Under the pieces are notes generated by a model. The model ran no database searches, was not told where the DNA came from, and was given only the letters and a program-made list of their open reading frames with translations. Below, piece by piece: positions 37,169-48,196 of a stretch of 64,000 nt of DNA (its first letter is position 1; the number at the start of each line of letters is the position of its first letter). A program made the translations under genes and the position numbers. Source of the DNA: Peribolospora baueri (taxonomy: Eukaryota); the NCBI GenBank assembly GCA_029717555.1, contig JAMDHS010000012.1, positions 186,001-250,000 of the forward strand, written 5' to 3'.

Positions 37169-40100
37169 TCAATGATGATGACCGCCAAACAAGCTCCTCC
37201 TCTTCTTCGTCCCCTCCTCGAGCCCCAGCCGCACGTGCGGGTGGTCCGCTTTCTCGCCGGGCCTGCCGTCGGATAGGATTTCGCCGCAGGAGCGGATGCT
37301 CCGGAGCCAAGGGTCTCCTTCGTCTTCGTCTTCGTCGTTGTCGTTGTCGTCCTCGTCCTCGTCCTCGTCGTCCTCCTCCTCCACCGCCTCCTCGTACACC
37401 CGCCCGTACATCTCCTCCTCCTCCACCACCTCCTCCTCCTCACCGCCATCATGGTCCCCGCGTACCACGTCGTCGTATCCGTTCACCGCGCGCCCGTTCG
37501 CCGCCTCGCCGCTTCCTCGAGCGGGCGAGCCGATGGGACGGGAGGGCAAGCCCGCCAGGTCGGCGTGGTCCGGTGGACGGGAAAGATCGGGCGAGTTGAA
37601 ATAGTCCGGCATGTTGCTCCCCGCCCCAGCCCCGTGTCCGTGTCCCGGGCCATCGGCGCCGCCGCCGCCGCCCAATGTATGGGCTGGCGTCATGGGTCTC
37701 ACGCCGTCTAGGCCGCCCCCGCCCGCGGAGGTCGGCCTCGACTTGACGCTCGACGGACGCGAATTTCTGCGACTGGACGGGGCGGACGAACCTCCGCCGT
37801 TGGTAGGCGTGCCATCGCCGGCGCCGGCTCGCGACCTGCCGCTGCTGCTGCTGTGCTTCTTGAGATCGTGCTCGCTCCCGCTTCGGCTCATCAACGGCGT
37901 CGCCAACGGGCTATCTCCGTCTTCACGCTTCTTTCCCCGCAGCAGCTCGCCGAGCGTACACCGCAGGCTGGGCTCGACGGCCATCATCCGCGTCAGCGCC
38001 GGCCGGGTCTCGCGCGGCAGGAGGCGGAAGATGCTATCGGCAGCGCCGGAGATGAACGTCGCTTGGGACGAGATGGAAGATACGGACGGCGTGCGCTCCT
38101 GCCGGCCTGCCGGCGGAGGGGGACGACCGGGCGGCGGCGGCGGGCTCGACGTGGAGGCGACGGCCGAGTCTGCACTGTTGACCACGCCGTTGATCGCGGG
38201 GCGCGACGATGACGACGTCGATGTCGAAGTGGAAAGCGCCCTCGAAGGCGATCTCGTCCGTCCGTCCAGCTCGGCCACCTTATCGCGCTGCTCGCGCTCC
38301 TCCTCCGCTGTCGGCAGCTCGGCAGGGGACGCTCGCGGAGTCGGCAAGACCTCGCCGTGCTGTCGTTGCCGCCGTTCGGCCCACTCGTCGTCCTCCTCTC
38401 CCAACGTTCGAGACTGCTGGACGGAGAGATAACCGGCTTCCTTGGCCGTCGGGATGGTGGGCGAGACCTGGCCTGGGCTCGCGGTGCGCATGAGGCCCTC
38501 GATGGCCAGCCTCGCGCCGCCACCGGCGCCTCCACCGGCGCCTTGCGGACGCTGCAGGGACTGCGCAACCGCGCCGTCAGAGCCGGGTCGAGAGGTGAGC
38601 GTGCTCTTCCGGCTCACGGCTGCCGAGCTGGAGACGCTGCTCGGGCATGTCGAGCTGGCGGCCGAGTCGACGTCGCCGCCGGTCGGCGGCTTGACGCAGA
38701 GCTCCGGGTGACTGGTGACGTAGAGCCGGAAGCTGGCGTCCGTCTTGACGTCCGGTAGCTTCCAGGGAAATCGACGGAGGACCATGCACATGAAGATGAT
38801 CGCCACGCTCCACACGTCTGTTAGGCGCGGATCGTACGTGGACTGGGTGAGGACCTCGGGAGCGAGGTAAGGGTCGGAGCCGACGACGCCAGAGGCGACG
38901 ACCTTGGACTTTCCGGGAGAGTGAAAAACGGTGGCGGTGCCAAAGTCGATGATCTTGACAATGTTGTCCTTGGTCATGACGCAGTTGTCGAGTTTAAGGT
39001 CGCGGTGGGCGAGGCCCATGGAGTGGAGGTAGTCGACGCCGCAGACGATCTGCTTGAAGACGCAGTAGATCTCCTGGCGGGTCATTTTGCCGCTCATGAC
39101 GACGCTGAAGAGGTCGTAAGGGGCGTATTCCATCACCTCGTAGGTGTGGCCGTGGTCGGAGATGATGTCGATGGTCTCGATGATGTTGACGTGGTGGAGC
39201 GTAGAGCCGATGCAGAACTCGGCGGTGACCTTTTTCATGTACTCCTTCTCGCTCTCGCCTGGACGGCGCTGGCGGAACTCTTTGACGGCAAACGTGGTGT
39301 GGTCCTTGCTGCGCTTGATGAGACGGACGGTGCCGCCGGCGCCGCTGCCGAGGACCTTGCCCCACTTGCCGTACTTTTTGGCCAGGTGGGCGTGGTCATC
39401 GCCTAGGGGCGGTGAATGCCGGCCGTGGTGGTGGTGGTGGAGGTGGTCTCTGTGCTTGGGTGTTGGGGCGGCGGAGACGAGTTTGGAGGAGGTGGCGGTG
39501 GCGGTGGAGGCGGAGGCGGAGGCGGTGGGGGAGGAAGAGTCGCTGGCGTGATGGCTGTGGTGACCGATGTGATGATGAAGGAAGCGGCGAAGGTCGTGGA
39601 GCGGGTTATGATGGTGCTTGTCCTTCGTCCCTCCGGGCGTGCTGGTGCCGCTGGTCGCGCTGCCGTCGTTATTGTGGCGGGAGGACTGTCGAAGGCCGTG
39701 GCCGGAGGAATGGGCGTCGGACACCCTCCTCGAGCCGAGCTTGGGGAAGACGAACTGGGGTGGTGTGGCTTGTCCGGCGGCGCGAGAGTCGTTTGCCTGG
39801 TCGGAGGACTGCTTCAAGTCGGCGACGACGGCGGGAGGCAAGACGGCGTTCGGGGCGGTCTTGCCGACGGTCGTCTTGCCCTCCGTTGAGCCGACGGTGG
39901 CGCTGTGGATGGGGGAAGCGGGCACGGACTGAGCGACGGCGCGAGGCGGTTGGGGAGCGAGGACCTTGCTGGTGTGGATGGGAGAGGTGGGCGTGGTGGC
40001 CTCGCTGGCGGCGCCCTTGGCGGTCGCTGTGCGAGGGCGAGGGCGAGTGGTGGCGACGGCCATGGGCTTGGCGACGACGGCGTCATCGCGATTTTCGCTG

Positions 40101-40354
40101 AGGGAGCGCCTCAAGGGGGGTGCGGACGGCGGGGCTACGGATGCGATGCGGTGCTGCTGTTGTTGGTCGTGGCCGACGGGGGGAGTGGGAGGGGGGGTGG
40201 CGGCGACGTAGCCGGGCGCGTGCTCGTTCTCGCGGAGGCGGTAGGCAGTGTGGGCGGTGTGGACGTGTAGGTTAGGGGAATTGGGCGAGTTGGGGTCATG
40301 ATCCGGGTCTGTGCCCAGGTGGACGATGCGCTGCATCGGGTTGGCGGAGAGCAT
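37169..40354 (-). CDS. Ser/Thr protein kinase, HAL/SAT4/HRK1-type, intronless
   Basis: [66 protein letters not shown]. First ATG at 40354. Confidence 0.93.
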   Translation of the reverse strand: MLSANPMQRIVHLGTDPDHDPNSPNSPNLHVHTAHTAYRLRENEHAPGYVAATPPPTPPVGHDQQQQHRIASVAPPSAPPLRRSLSENRDDAVVAKPMAVATTRPRPRTATAKGAASEATTPTSPIHTSKVLAPQPPRAVAQSVPASPIHSATVGSTEGKTTVGKTAPNAVLPPAVVADLKQSSDQANDSRAAGQATPPQFVFPKLGSRRVSDAHSSGHGLRQSSRHNNDGSATSGTSTPGGTKDKHHHNPLHDLRRFLHHHIGHHSHHASDSSSPTASASASTATATSSKLVSAAPTPKHRDHLHHHHHGRHSPPLGDDHAHLAKKYGKWGKVLGSGAGGTVRLIKRSKDHTTFAVKEFRQRRPGESEKEYMKKVTAEFCIGSTLHHVNIIETIDIISDHGHTYEVMEYAPYDLFSVVMSGKMTRQEIYCVFKQIVCGVDYLHSMGLAHRDLKLDNCVMTKDNIVKIIDFGTATVFHSPGKSKVVASGVVGSDPYLAPEVLTQSTYDPRLTDVWSVAIIFMCMVLRRFPWKLPDVKTDASFRLYVTSHPELCVKPPTGGDVDSAASSTCPSSVSSSAAVSRKSTLTSRPGSDGAVAQSLQRPQGAGGGAGGGARLAIEGLMRTASPGQVSPTIPTAKEAGYLSVQQSRTLGEEDDEWAERRQRQHGEVLPTPRASPAELPTAEEEREQRDKVAELDGRTRSPSRALSTSTSTSSSSRPAINGVVNSADSAVASTSSPPPPPGRPPPPAGRQERTPSVSSISSQATFISGAADSIFRLLPRETRPALTRMMAVEPSLRCTLGELLRGKKREDGDSPLATPLMSRSGSEHDLKKHSSSSGRSRAGAGDGTPTNGGGSSAPSSRRNSRPSSVKSRPTSAGGGGLDGVRPMTPAHTLGGGGGADGPGHGHGAGAGSNMPDYFNSPDLSRPPDHADLAGLPSRPIGSPARGSGEAANGRAVNGYDDVVRGDHDGGEEEEVVEEEEMYGRVYEEAVEEEDDEDEDEDDNDNDEDEDEGDPWLRSIRSCGEILSDGRPGEKADHPHVRLGLEEGTKKRRSLFGGHHH

Positions 40355-41794
40355 GGCGGGCTGGGGCAAGGCGAGGGGGGAGGCGGTGGTGGGTGTGGGT
40401 TGTTGTCGCGGTCGCAGTCGCGGGGATCACGGGAGCGAGAGGGCAGCAGGGCGGGTGATGAGGAGGAGAGGAGCGGCGGTCATGGGCTGGCTGGCGGGAG
40501 GAGGAAGCGGGGTAGGGAGTGGGCGGCGGAGGTGGAGAGGGAGGTGGAGAGGGAGGTGGAGAGGGAGGTGGAGATGGCAATGGGAGATCGAGATGGACGT
40601 GGGAGGTAGAGAAGGGAGAAGGAGATGGATGGATGGTCGACGGCGTACGGAAGGCGGCTGGCTACGTCGTCGTCGGCGTCGAGAGGAAGGAAGGAAGAAA
40701 GCGCAATAACAACCGCAACAAGAAGCGACAAGCCGCGTCCGTCCGCTCGTCTGTTCGTTTCCTCGCGGTGGCTGGCCGGCCGGCTTGGCCTGGGCTTGGG
40801 TCGCGGGTGGGTGGGTGGGTGGATGTGGTGTGGCGGAGGTAATGAGGGAGAGACGAACGAGGGCGAGATATCTAGATGGCTTAGCTGGCTACAGTATGGT
40901 ATATTCTCCTCGGCCGTTCCTTGACGAATCGGCCGGCGCTGGGTGCAGATAGACAGCGAGCGCTGAGTGGAGTGCGCTCGGACGAGACAAGGAAAAGGGA
41001 GTTAAGAGGGAAAGAAAGAAAGAAAGAAAGAAAGAAAGAAAAAAAGAAAAAAAGTCGGCCGGCGTCGTCCGTCGGTCATCGAACCGAGCGGGCCGTGCCG
41101 TGCCGTGCCGTGCCGTTCCTTCCTGCGCTCGCTTGCTCGCTCGCTCGGCCGTCGCCGCCGATTCTTGCCGACGGGGAAGGAGAAACAAGAAAAGAAGACA
41201 GCCAAGGAAGGACGCACGCGGAGAACCAACGCTTACGCTCGCACCGATTCATCCTCCTCGACGCCACGCCCCGCTGCTCGAGCGCTCCTCTCCGCACACG
41301 ACCGACCGACGGGCCCCGATACGATACGCTCGAGTCGACTCGGTGGGTCGTGGTGCGCGTGCTTAAAACGGACGCCGACCGTCGTCGTCCATCCCGCCCG
41401 CCCGTCCGACCGAGGCGGAGAGACACAGACACAGTCCGCAGACACAGTCCGAGTTGGTCATCGATCCTTATCCGCCGTCGCCACCGTCCACCCATCTTCC
41501 CCCGCGCCGCGCCCTCCGGCCACCGACCGGCCCGGGCCCCACGCCGGCCCGCCCTAGCCCGCCTCGTCGCTCGGCGAATGGACAGGACGGGTCACGCATC
41601 CGTCATCTCCGTGCTCGCGTGGCCGGAGATGACGTCAGTCACGCCCCAAGCCGCAGCCAGTTGTCTGTCTGTCCGCGACGACCAACTGGAAACTGTTGAC
41701 TGACTCACTCACTCGCCCGGTGCTGCTAAGCAGGCTGTTAGGCGTGAGTGAGGGTGAGGGAGGAGGAAGCAGACGTCTTCCGCCCCGTCCAAAT

Positions 41795-41823
41795 GAACGA
41801 ACGAACGAACGAACGAACGAACG
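41795..41823. repeat. (GAAC)n microsatellite
   Basis: About 7 tandem GAAC copies. Confidence 0.85.
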
Positions 41824-42420
41824 ACCTCGAGCTCGCGTTCGAATCGGATCCAATCCAATCCAGTCTGAAGGCTAAATCCATGTTCGGAGCCATCCATGAT
41901 TCGATTCGTGACGATAATAAAGAAGCTGGCCTTGGGATCTCGGATCTTCGATCTTGGTCCATAGCTTATATATTGTAATCGGGTATTTATATATTAATTA
42001 ATATTAATTGTTTTTTCGGTTCCGCCTAATCCTAATGAGTGAGAAGATCCGAGTGGGGCCAGTTGAAGAAGCAAGTTGACAGGAAATGATCCAAGGTGTA
42101 CGTAAGAAAGCCTGAAGCCTGCTCTGGATGATCCAGTAAGCCAGGTTCCGGGGGTGGCAGGTGGCAGAGGATGAAGAAACTCTTTCTTTTGTGTGATGAG
42201 CGATGTAGGTGCCGTTGCATAATAGTCCTAGTCCTTCAAAGCCTTAACTGCGAAACAGACGCTGGACCAGCGAACGAACTTGGCATTGTTTCCATTGCCC
42301 TTTCCACACGAAAAAACTCACTTTCTCTGAGTTACAGTATACCCTTCCAGTACAGATAGATGCACATCATCTCAAGAAAAAACCTCTCTCTTTGCTTCGC
42401 TTCCCCCACCGCATCTCATT

Positions 42421-42460
42421 AGTCATATAGTCATATAGTCATATAGTCATATAGTCATAT
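42421..42460. repeat. (AGTCATAT)5 tandem repeat
   Basis: Five consecutive perfect 8-mers. Confidence 0.9.
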
Positions 42461-42854
42461 GTATATATATTTATGAGAGACCGGTCGCTATGCCATCGTA
42501 TCCGAGAGGTACGTCCATCTGAACATGAATAAAATAGAACAGGACAGAATAGAATGGGATGGGACGCGTTGGGACTGGACTGGACGGAAGCCAAGAAGCC
42601 GAGAAAAAAAAAAGGCAAAGCAAAGCAAAGCGTAACGACGCCGACACCAAAGCGGAGTACGAGTGAAAAGAAGAGAAAAGAAAGGAAAGAAAGCAAGAGA
42701 GAGGGACGGACGGACGGAGATGGCGATCGATGGATAGATGGCCCATTGCGCGCACGTTCGTTCATTCCACAAGACAGGACAGGACAGGTTAGGTTAGGTT
42801 AGGTTGGACGGACGGACGGACGGACAGGGTCCACTCGAAAAATTAAGTGAGATT

Positions 42855-45800
42855 TCAACGGTCACGCCGCTCCTCCTCCTCCTTCTCCTCCTCCTTCTCC
42901 TCTTTCTCCTTCTCCTTCTCTTCGGTCGCCTCGTCCTTCTCCGCCTCCTCCGCCTCCTTCTCTTCGGTCGCCTCCTTCTCTTCCGCCGCCTCCTCCTTCT
43001 CCGCCTCCGCCGCCTCCTTCTCTTCCGCCGCCTCCTCCTTCTCGACCTTATGGTCCACGTCCTCGCCCGCCTCGTCATCTTCTCCTTCCCAATCGCTCTC
43101 AACACCGATCCCTTCGGTTTCCTCTTTCTTTTTCTCCTCTTCCTCTTCTTCCTCCTCTTCCTTTTCCTCTTCCTCCTCCTCCTCCTCCGCCTCGGGCTCA
43201 GGCTCAGAGAAACTCTCCAAAGCTGGGTCAAAGTCGTCGTCCGTCGCCCACTTGGGAGGCGCGTCCGCAATGGAGAAGATCGCCTTGTGCTTCTGCCCGA
43301 GCTGGTCCACGTAAGGAGATTCGAAAGCCGTTCAGCTCTCTCGACCGTCCAACAGAAAAAAAGCCAACGCGTCTCACCTCTTTCACCCTCCCGCACAAAT
43401 CCGTAAAGTCATCCTCCGTCTTGCACAAGAACCCGACGAGCATGCTAGGGTCCAGGCTCCGGATTGGCATACGTCGCACCTTCTCGCAGTGGAACGTGCT
43501 CAACTGCTGTTCCGTGTACGCCGTGCTGTACCACAGGTCGACAGGATCGACGGCGTGGTGCGCCACGTCCGCTCGTTGCTCCGACAGAGGAGTCGGCAGA
43601 TGCACGTGCGCCCCCGTCCTCGCGCTCCTTCCCGAAGACTCGGCACTATGACGCGAAGGAGGACAGCCTGCGGCCTGGGGCGACGGACTCGTCGGCTGGC
43701 GGACCGATTCAACGTCGGGAGGGTGTTGGAACGGCACCGTCGGACGGCAATTGTGTGGATCGAGATAAAACAGCGAGTTGCCTTGGACGCCAATAAAGTA
43801 GTAAGACGATGACGGCCGTCCACCGGCCACTCCTACCGACTGAGGCCAAGAGAAGATGGCCTGTGAGGATACGGGGACAAGGTGATTCATGTTCCGTCAG
43901 AATACACCAATACACCGTTGAAACCAAAAGAGAGTGAACTGACCTTGATGCTGTTGTGGTATACCGGGTTCACCCCATCGAGGCCCAACCGGATGCCGAT
44001 GAGGACGAGAACCGGCTTTTCCCACTGCCGCTCGCTTCCCTCCTCTTCCGATCCTCCCGCTCTGAGGGTAGATCGATTCGGACGCCGCTGCGAGCACGAT
44101 GCCGAGTAGACATCCGACCGGTACACCACGCCGTCCACGGCTACCGAGACAGTGAGTCCTGCGGCGGCAAAATTGTTGGCCAGCTCTCTGGTGGATGGGA
44201 ACACGGGGGAAAAAGGTCAGCAGTCATGAACTTGGAGCTCGTCTGCCCCTAATCAAACAGCACTCCGCTTGCAACTCACTTGATAGCCCCAGCTGCAGTA
44301 CTCGGACCGAACCACTCTCCGACTTCCTTTCCAAGCCTCTTTCCCTCCCGTGCCATCCTATGCACGGAGAAAGCGCAGTGGGGAGCAGGATCATCGAAGA
44401 ACCAGGTAAGGATCTCCACGTAACGAGCGTAGTCGTGCAGAGCGCGCGCTGATGCCGGGGAGGTGGGTGCGAGCGCGGGTGGGGACTGCGGTCGGCGCCA
44501 GCCTGTTTGGTGTGCAGAAGAATTCGATTCAGGACGCCGCCAGAACAATCAGTCTCCAAGTCGATTCAAGCAACTCTCTTCGCAGCTCACCTCTTCCAAG
44601 ATGCACGTTGACCAGCGCATTCGCTAGCAGACTTTGCCCCGTCCTCAACATACACCCCCATCCGCTATCGGTAGAGAGGCCCTTGCTCTTATCCCTTCCC
44701 CAAACGCCGATGCCCATCTTCTCGCTCAGCGACGTACCCCCTCCGCCTCCGCTCGAAGTGCCAATGGAGCCCGTCGCAGAGCTCGCCTCTGGCGAATGCG
44801 ACAACATGCCCTGAGATGCGGCACCAGGTCCAAGCTTACGCGTAAACGACGCGGCGAAGCCACTCCAATGCCGACCCGACGAAGTGCTCTCGGCGGTTGG
44901 GTGCGTCGCAGTCGTTGTGGAAACGATCGACGCTGCAGGACTGCTTCCGCTCGTTGCGGCGCTGTGTCTCGAGGTGCTCGCTGTGTAGTCGCTGAGATGC
45001 GAGCCGACCGAAGGCACGCCGTTCAGTCGATCCGCTGCAGACACCGAGGTGTGGTCGACGGCGGAAGGGCCAACAGACACCGGAGGCGGCACGTAATGGA
45101 TGTCTCCGTCCCGGGAGATAGGAGTGAACTGGCTCCTGTAAGTGCACCAGATCCGACTGCTAAAGTCCGGTTGGAACGTCGGCGGCCAACCGCTCTCCGC
45201 CGTGCCAGTGCCCGTCGCAGTTGCTTTGGACGGACGCTTGTCCTTGTCCTTTTGCGGCGTGGGGGGATTGCGAGCAAGAGAGGCAGAGACACGGGGTCTC
45301 GAAGGAGAGGAGGGCGCCGGCGCCGGCGGTAAAGTTCGGGTTGAGGACGACAAGGGCGAAGATCCCTCTTTGAAAGGAGCCGAGGCGTTAAGTTGTCTCG
45401 AAGGTTCACTGCTTATGGTGGTATTGGACTCCGTTTTGGTCGGCATGCGTCCTCCCGATTCGATAACAACCGGTAAGTCGCCGGTCGACGGGGACGGAGA
45501 GACGGCGGGAGAAGACGTCGCAGACATAGACAGTCGGTTGTTTCCAACCGACACCCCGCTTCCACTGCCGTGCGAGACATCTCCTTCCGCATCTGCGCTG
45601 GTAATCGACAACCAATGGTCTCCCGTCGCTGCCTCATCTGCACGGTCGGGCAGATCGAGTCGAACGTCATGAAAGTCGGCTTCCATCGGCCCGGGGGAGT
45701 CTCGTGTAGCACTGGCCTCCGCCGGAGGGACCGAACTGCTTCGAGAGTCGTGTACGAACTCAGCACTGACGCTATCGCTTCTTAAGCCATCCGGCTGGAA

Positions 45801-47537
45801 AAGGAGCTCGGTAGGCTCGGACTCAGAACGTTGTATGTCTTCGTGCTCGTTATTTGTGGTTTCTGCCACCGCGACTTGCTGCTGCTGTTGTTGTTGCGCA
45901 GCTTCCACTTGCATCGCCGCCTGCAGCTCGCGCCATTCTCTCCAACTATGGTGCACGCCCATGAGCCAGATGCCCTCCTCTCGTCCTCCGCCCTCGCCAC
46001 CTCCACCGCTCACTGCATCAGTGTCGAGAAAATAGCGCAGAGCCCGGTCCAGACCACCGCTCACGCCGGCACCCTTCGCCTTCGCAGTGGAAGACAGCGA
46101 AGATAGTAAGCCGGATGCCTTAGATCGGGTGGGCGAAACGTGGCTGCTGGTACCGCTAAATTGGGGCCCTTCAGAGCCCAGCGAAGGCGAAGGAGCCAAG
46201 CCCTTGCCACCAGGGAGGACCCTTGTAGGCGACGAAGGAGACAGACCGCTGCTACCATGCTTGGGCCCAGCCTGCTGTTCTTGCTCCTCGTTTCCCAACA
46301 TATTAAGCAGCCAGCCGCTCAAACGTCTCGGCAGGCCGCCTTCTTGTCCTGATTTGATCGAGCCGGTCTCGGACGTATCTCGCGTTCTGAGCGATCGCGG
46401 TGAGGGAGGGGCGAGCGAAGCTTGCGCCGGGAGAGATGAAGGTCGGAGGTATGCAGAATCGGCTGAGGAAGTGGCCTGAGAGCTCCCGACAGAATCGATA
46501 CTGCCTCTCCGCGCGTCGCTGCTTCCAGCTGTGGCGACGGGTTCTGACATGGGCACAGAGGTGGGATGAACACTGGGGTCGATGTAGCTGTGGCGCGGCG
46601 CGAGCGAGTTGGGCCGCGAGCCGCTCAAACCGACGGCACGGCTGAGACTACCGCCTCTCATGCGTCCGACAATTGACTTCTTTTCGTTGTCCCTCGACAC
46701 CGCCTCCTCGCCAGACGGCGATCCCATCTGGGACTTCTGAGAGATGGAATGTTGAAGCGCATTGGTATGAGACGCCTCTCTATCCTTCTCCTTGTCGTGC
46801 TCCTTGTCCTTGTCCTTATCCTTGTCTTTCCCGCCGCCAAATAACCTCGAAGACGTCCGTCGCAAGACGTTGCGTCGGCTGCGAACGGATCCAGCCAGAC
46901 TGACCGGAGATACAGGCCGATCGCGAGAAGGTTGGGAAGAGGGCACGCCCGTGGAAATCCTGAGATTGAGTTGATGCATGTTGGATGCCGTCGGCGTCTG
47001 GGCGCGGGACGAGGACCCGGACAAGCTGTCCGACGAGCTCATCCCTTCCGGCCCGCCAAAGGCCGTCCGCGAGTAAGAGTGCGAGATGGAGCGGGTGTCA
47101 AAAGAGGCGGAAGAGGGAGAAGCGGGAGAACGAGAGCCAGTCGTGCCAGGTTGGCCGAAAGATGATCCGCCATGGCCCAGCAGACTAGAACTGCCTATCG
47201 ACCGCGAGCGGGCTCGGTTGACGACGGTGCGTGTGATCCAGCTGGGCCGCTTTCCGCCTGAAGAGCCGGAGTGAGAGGGCGACGGACTTCGTTGGCTGTC
47301 AGAAGAAGGACGCTCCTCACCAGGAGGGACGTTTGCCATGTCCGACGGCAGATCCAGCGGGAGGCCAAAGGTACCAGACGAAGCGGAACGCCTCTGATAA
47401 GTTGGCGGCTGATAAGATGAGGGCGGGGGCTGGAGAAACAAGCTGGATGCAGATGGTTGGTTCGCCCCCATGCGGTTGCGACGTACAGAAGAGGGGCCAC
47501 GGAAGGAGGGCCGAGGCGAAGGAGGATCGGAGGCCAT
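42855..47537 (-). CDS. ATG4: autophagy cysteine protease ATG4 (peptidase C54), multi-exon
   Basis: [35 protein letters not shown] (catalytic Cys 44652-44654), [44 protein letters not shown]. Long disordered N-terminus and an E/K-rich last exon. Confidence 0.95.
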
Positions 47538-48196
47538 TTCGGCGACGTGGGGAAGGGGTCTGGGCGTACTGGCCCAAGCGTTAGCGGCGATGGTGACGGC
47601 GACAGCGACAAAGGGGTAAACCTCTGAGACAGGTGATCAAGGAGATAGGGGTATATGTGACTGTCTGGAGCTGATACGTGGAGCCTGTCCCGACGCTATC
47701 TTGTCGCCGACGCAGCGAGTGCCGACCGTTTCGACTGGCGCGCGTCTCCGCGGCTAAGTGTTGATGCCCAAGCTCACTCCATCCGACCGAGCGGACACAA
47801 GAAGCTGGCGCACCAGGCGATCGCCGGAACCCGTGATGGGAGAAACGGGTAGGCGAGAAAGGAGGAAAGAGGACAGACGCCCGTGACGATGGTGAGGACG
47901 AGAGCGTGAGTCCGCTCGATTATCGTCTCAGGTGGACGGGGCAGGGGCCGGGGCCGCCATGTAACCCTAATCGTACGCACGTGCATGGTGCTGCGGCAAC
48001 AAGGCGTCCTCAATTCGCGGCTGCGATGGAGTACGGGCATCGGCTCTTTCAGTAGGAGGATGCCATAGTAATGCGCGGTGAAGACGGGTGCTGAGGGAAC
48101 GGAAGGAAGGACGACTGCTATCTATTTCGAACGAGCGCATATTCATCTTTGCTCGTATGTACAAGCAATCCACGCGCGCGTTTATGCGGACGTTCC

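Noticed and set aside
42787..42805. (GGTTA)n telomere-like repeat
   Set aside because: Only three or four copies, TTAGG rather than TTAGGG, and embedded in a run of other microsatellites.
47962..47970. TAACCCTAA, a telomerase-template-like 9-mer
   Set aside because: One 9-mer is expected by chance in 64 kb. I saw no pseudoknot or other telomerase RNA features, and it is antisense to both flanking genes.
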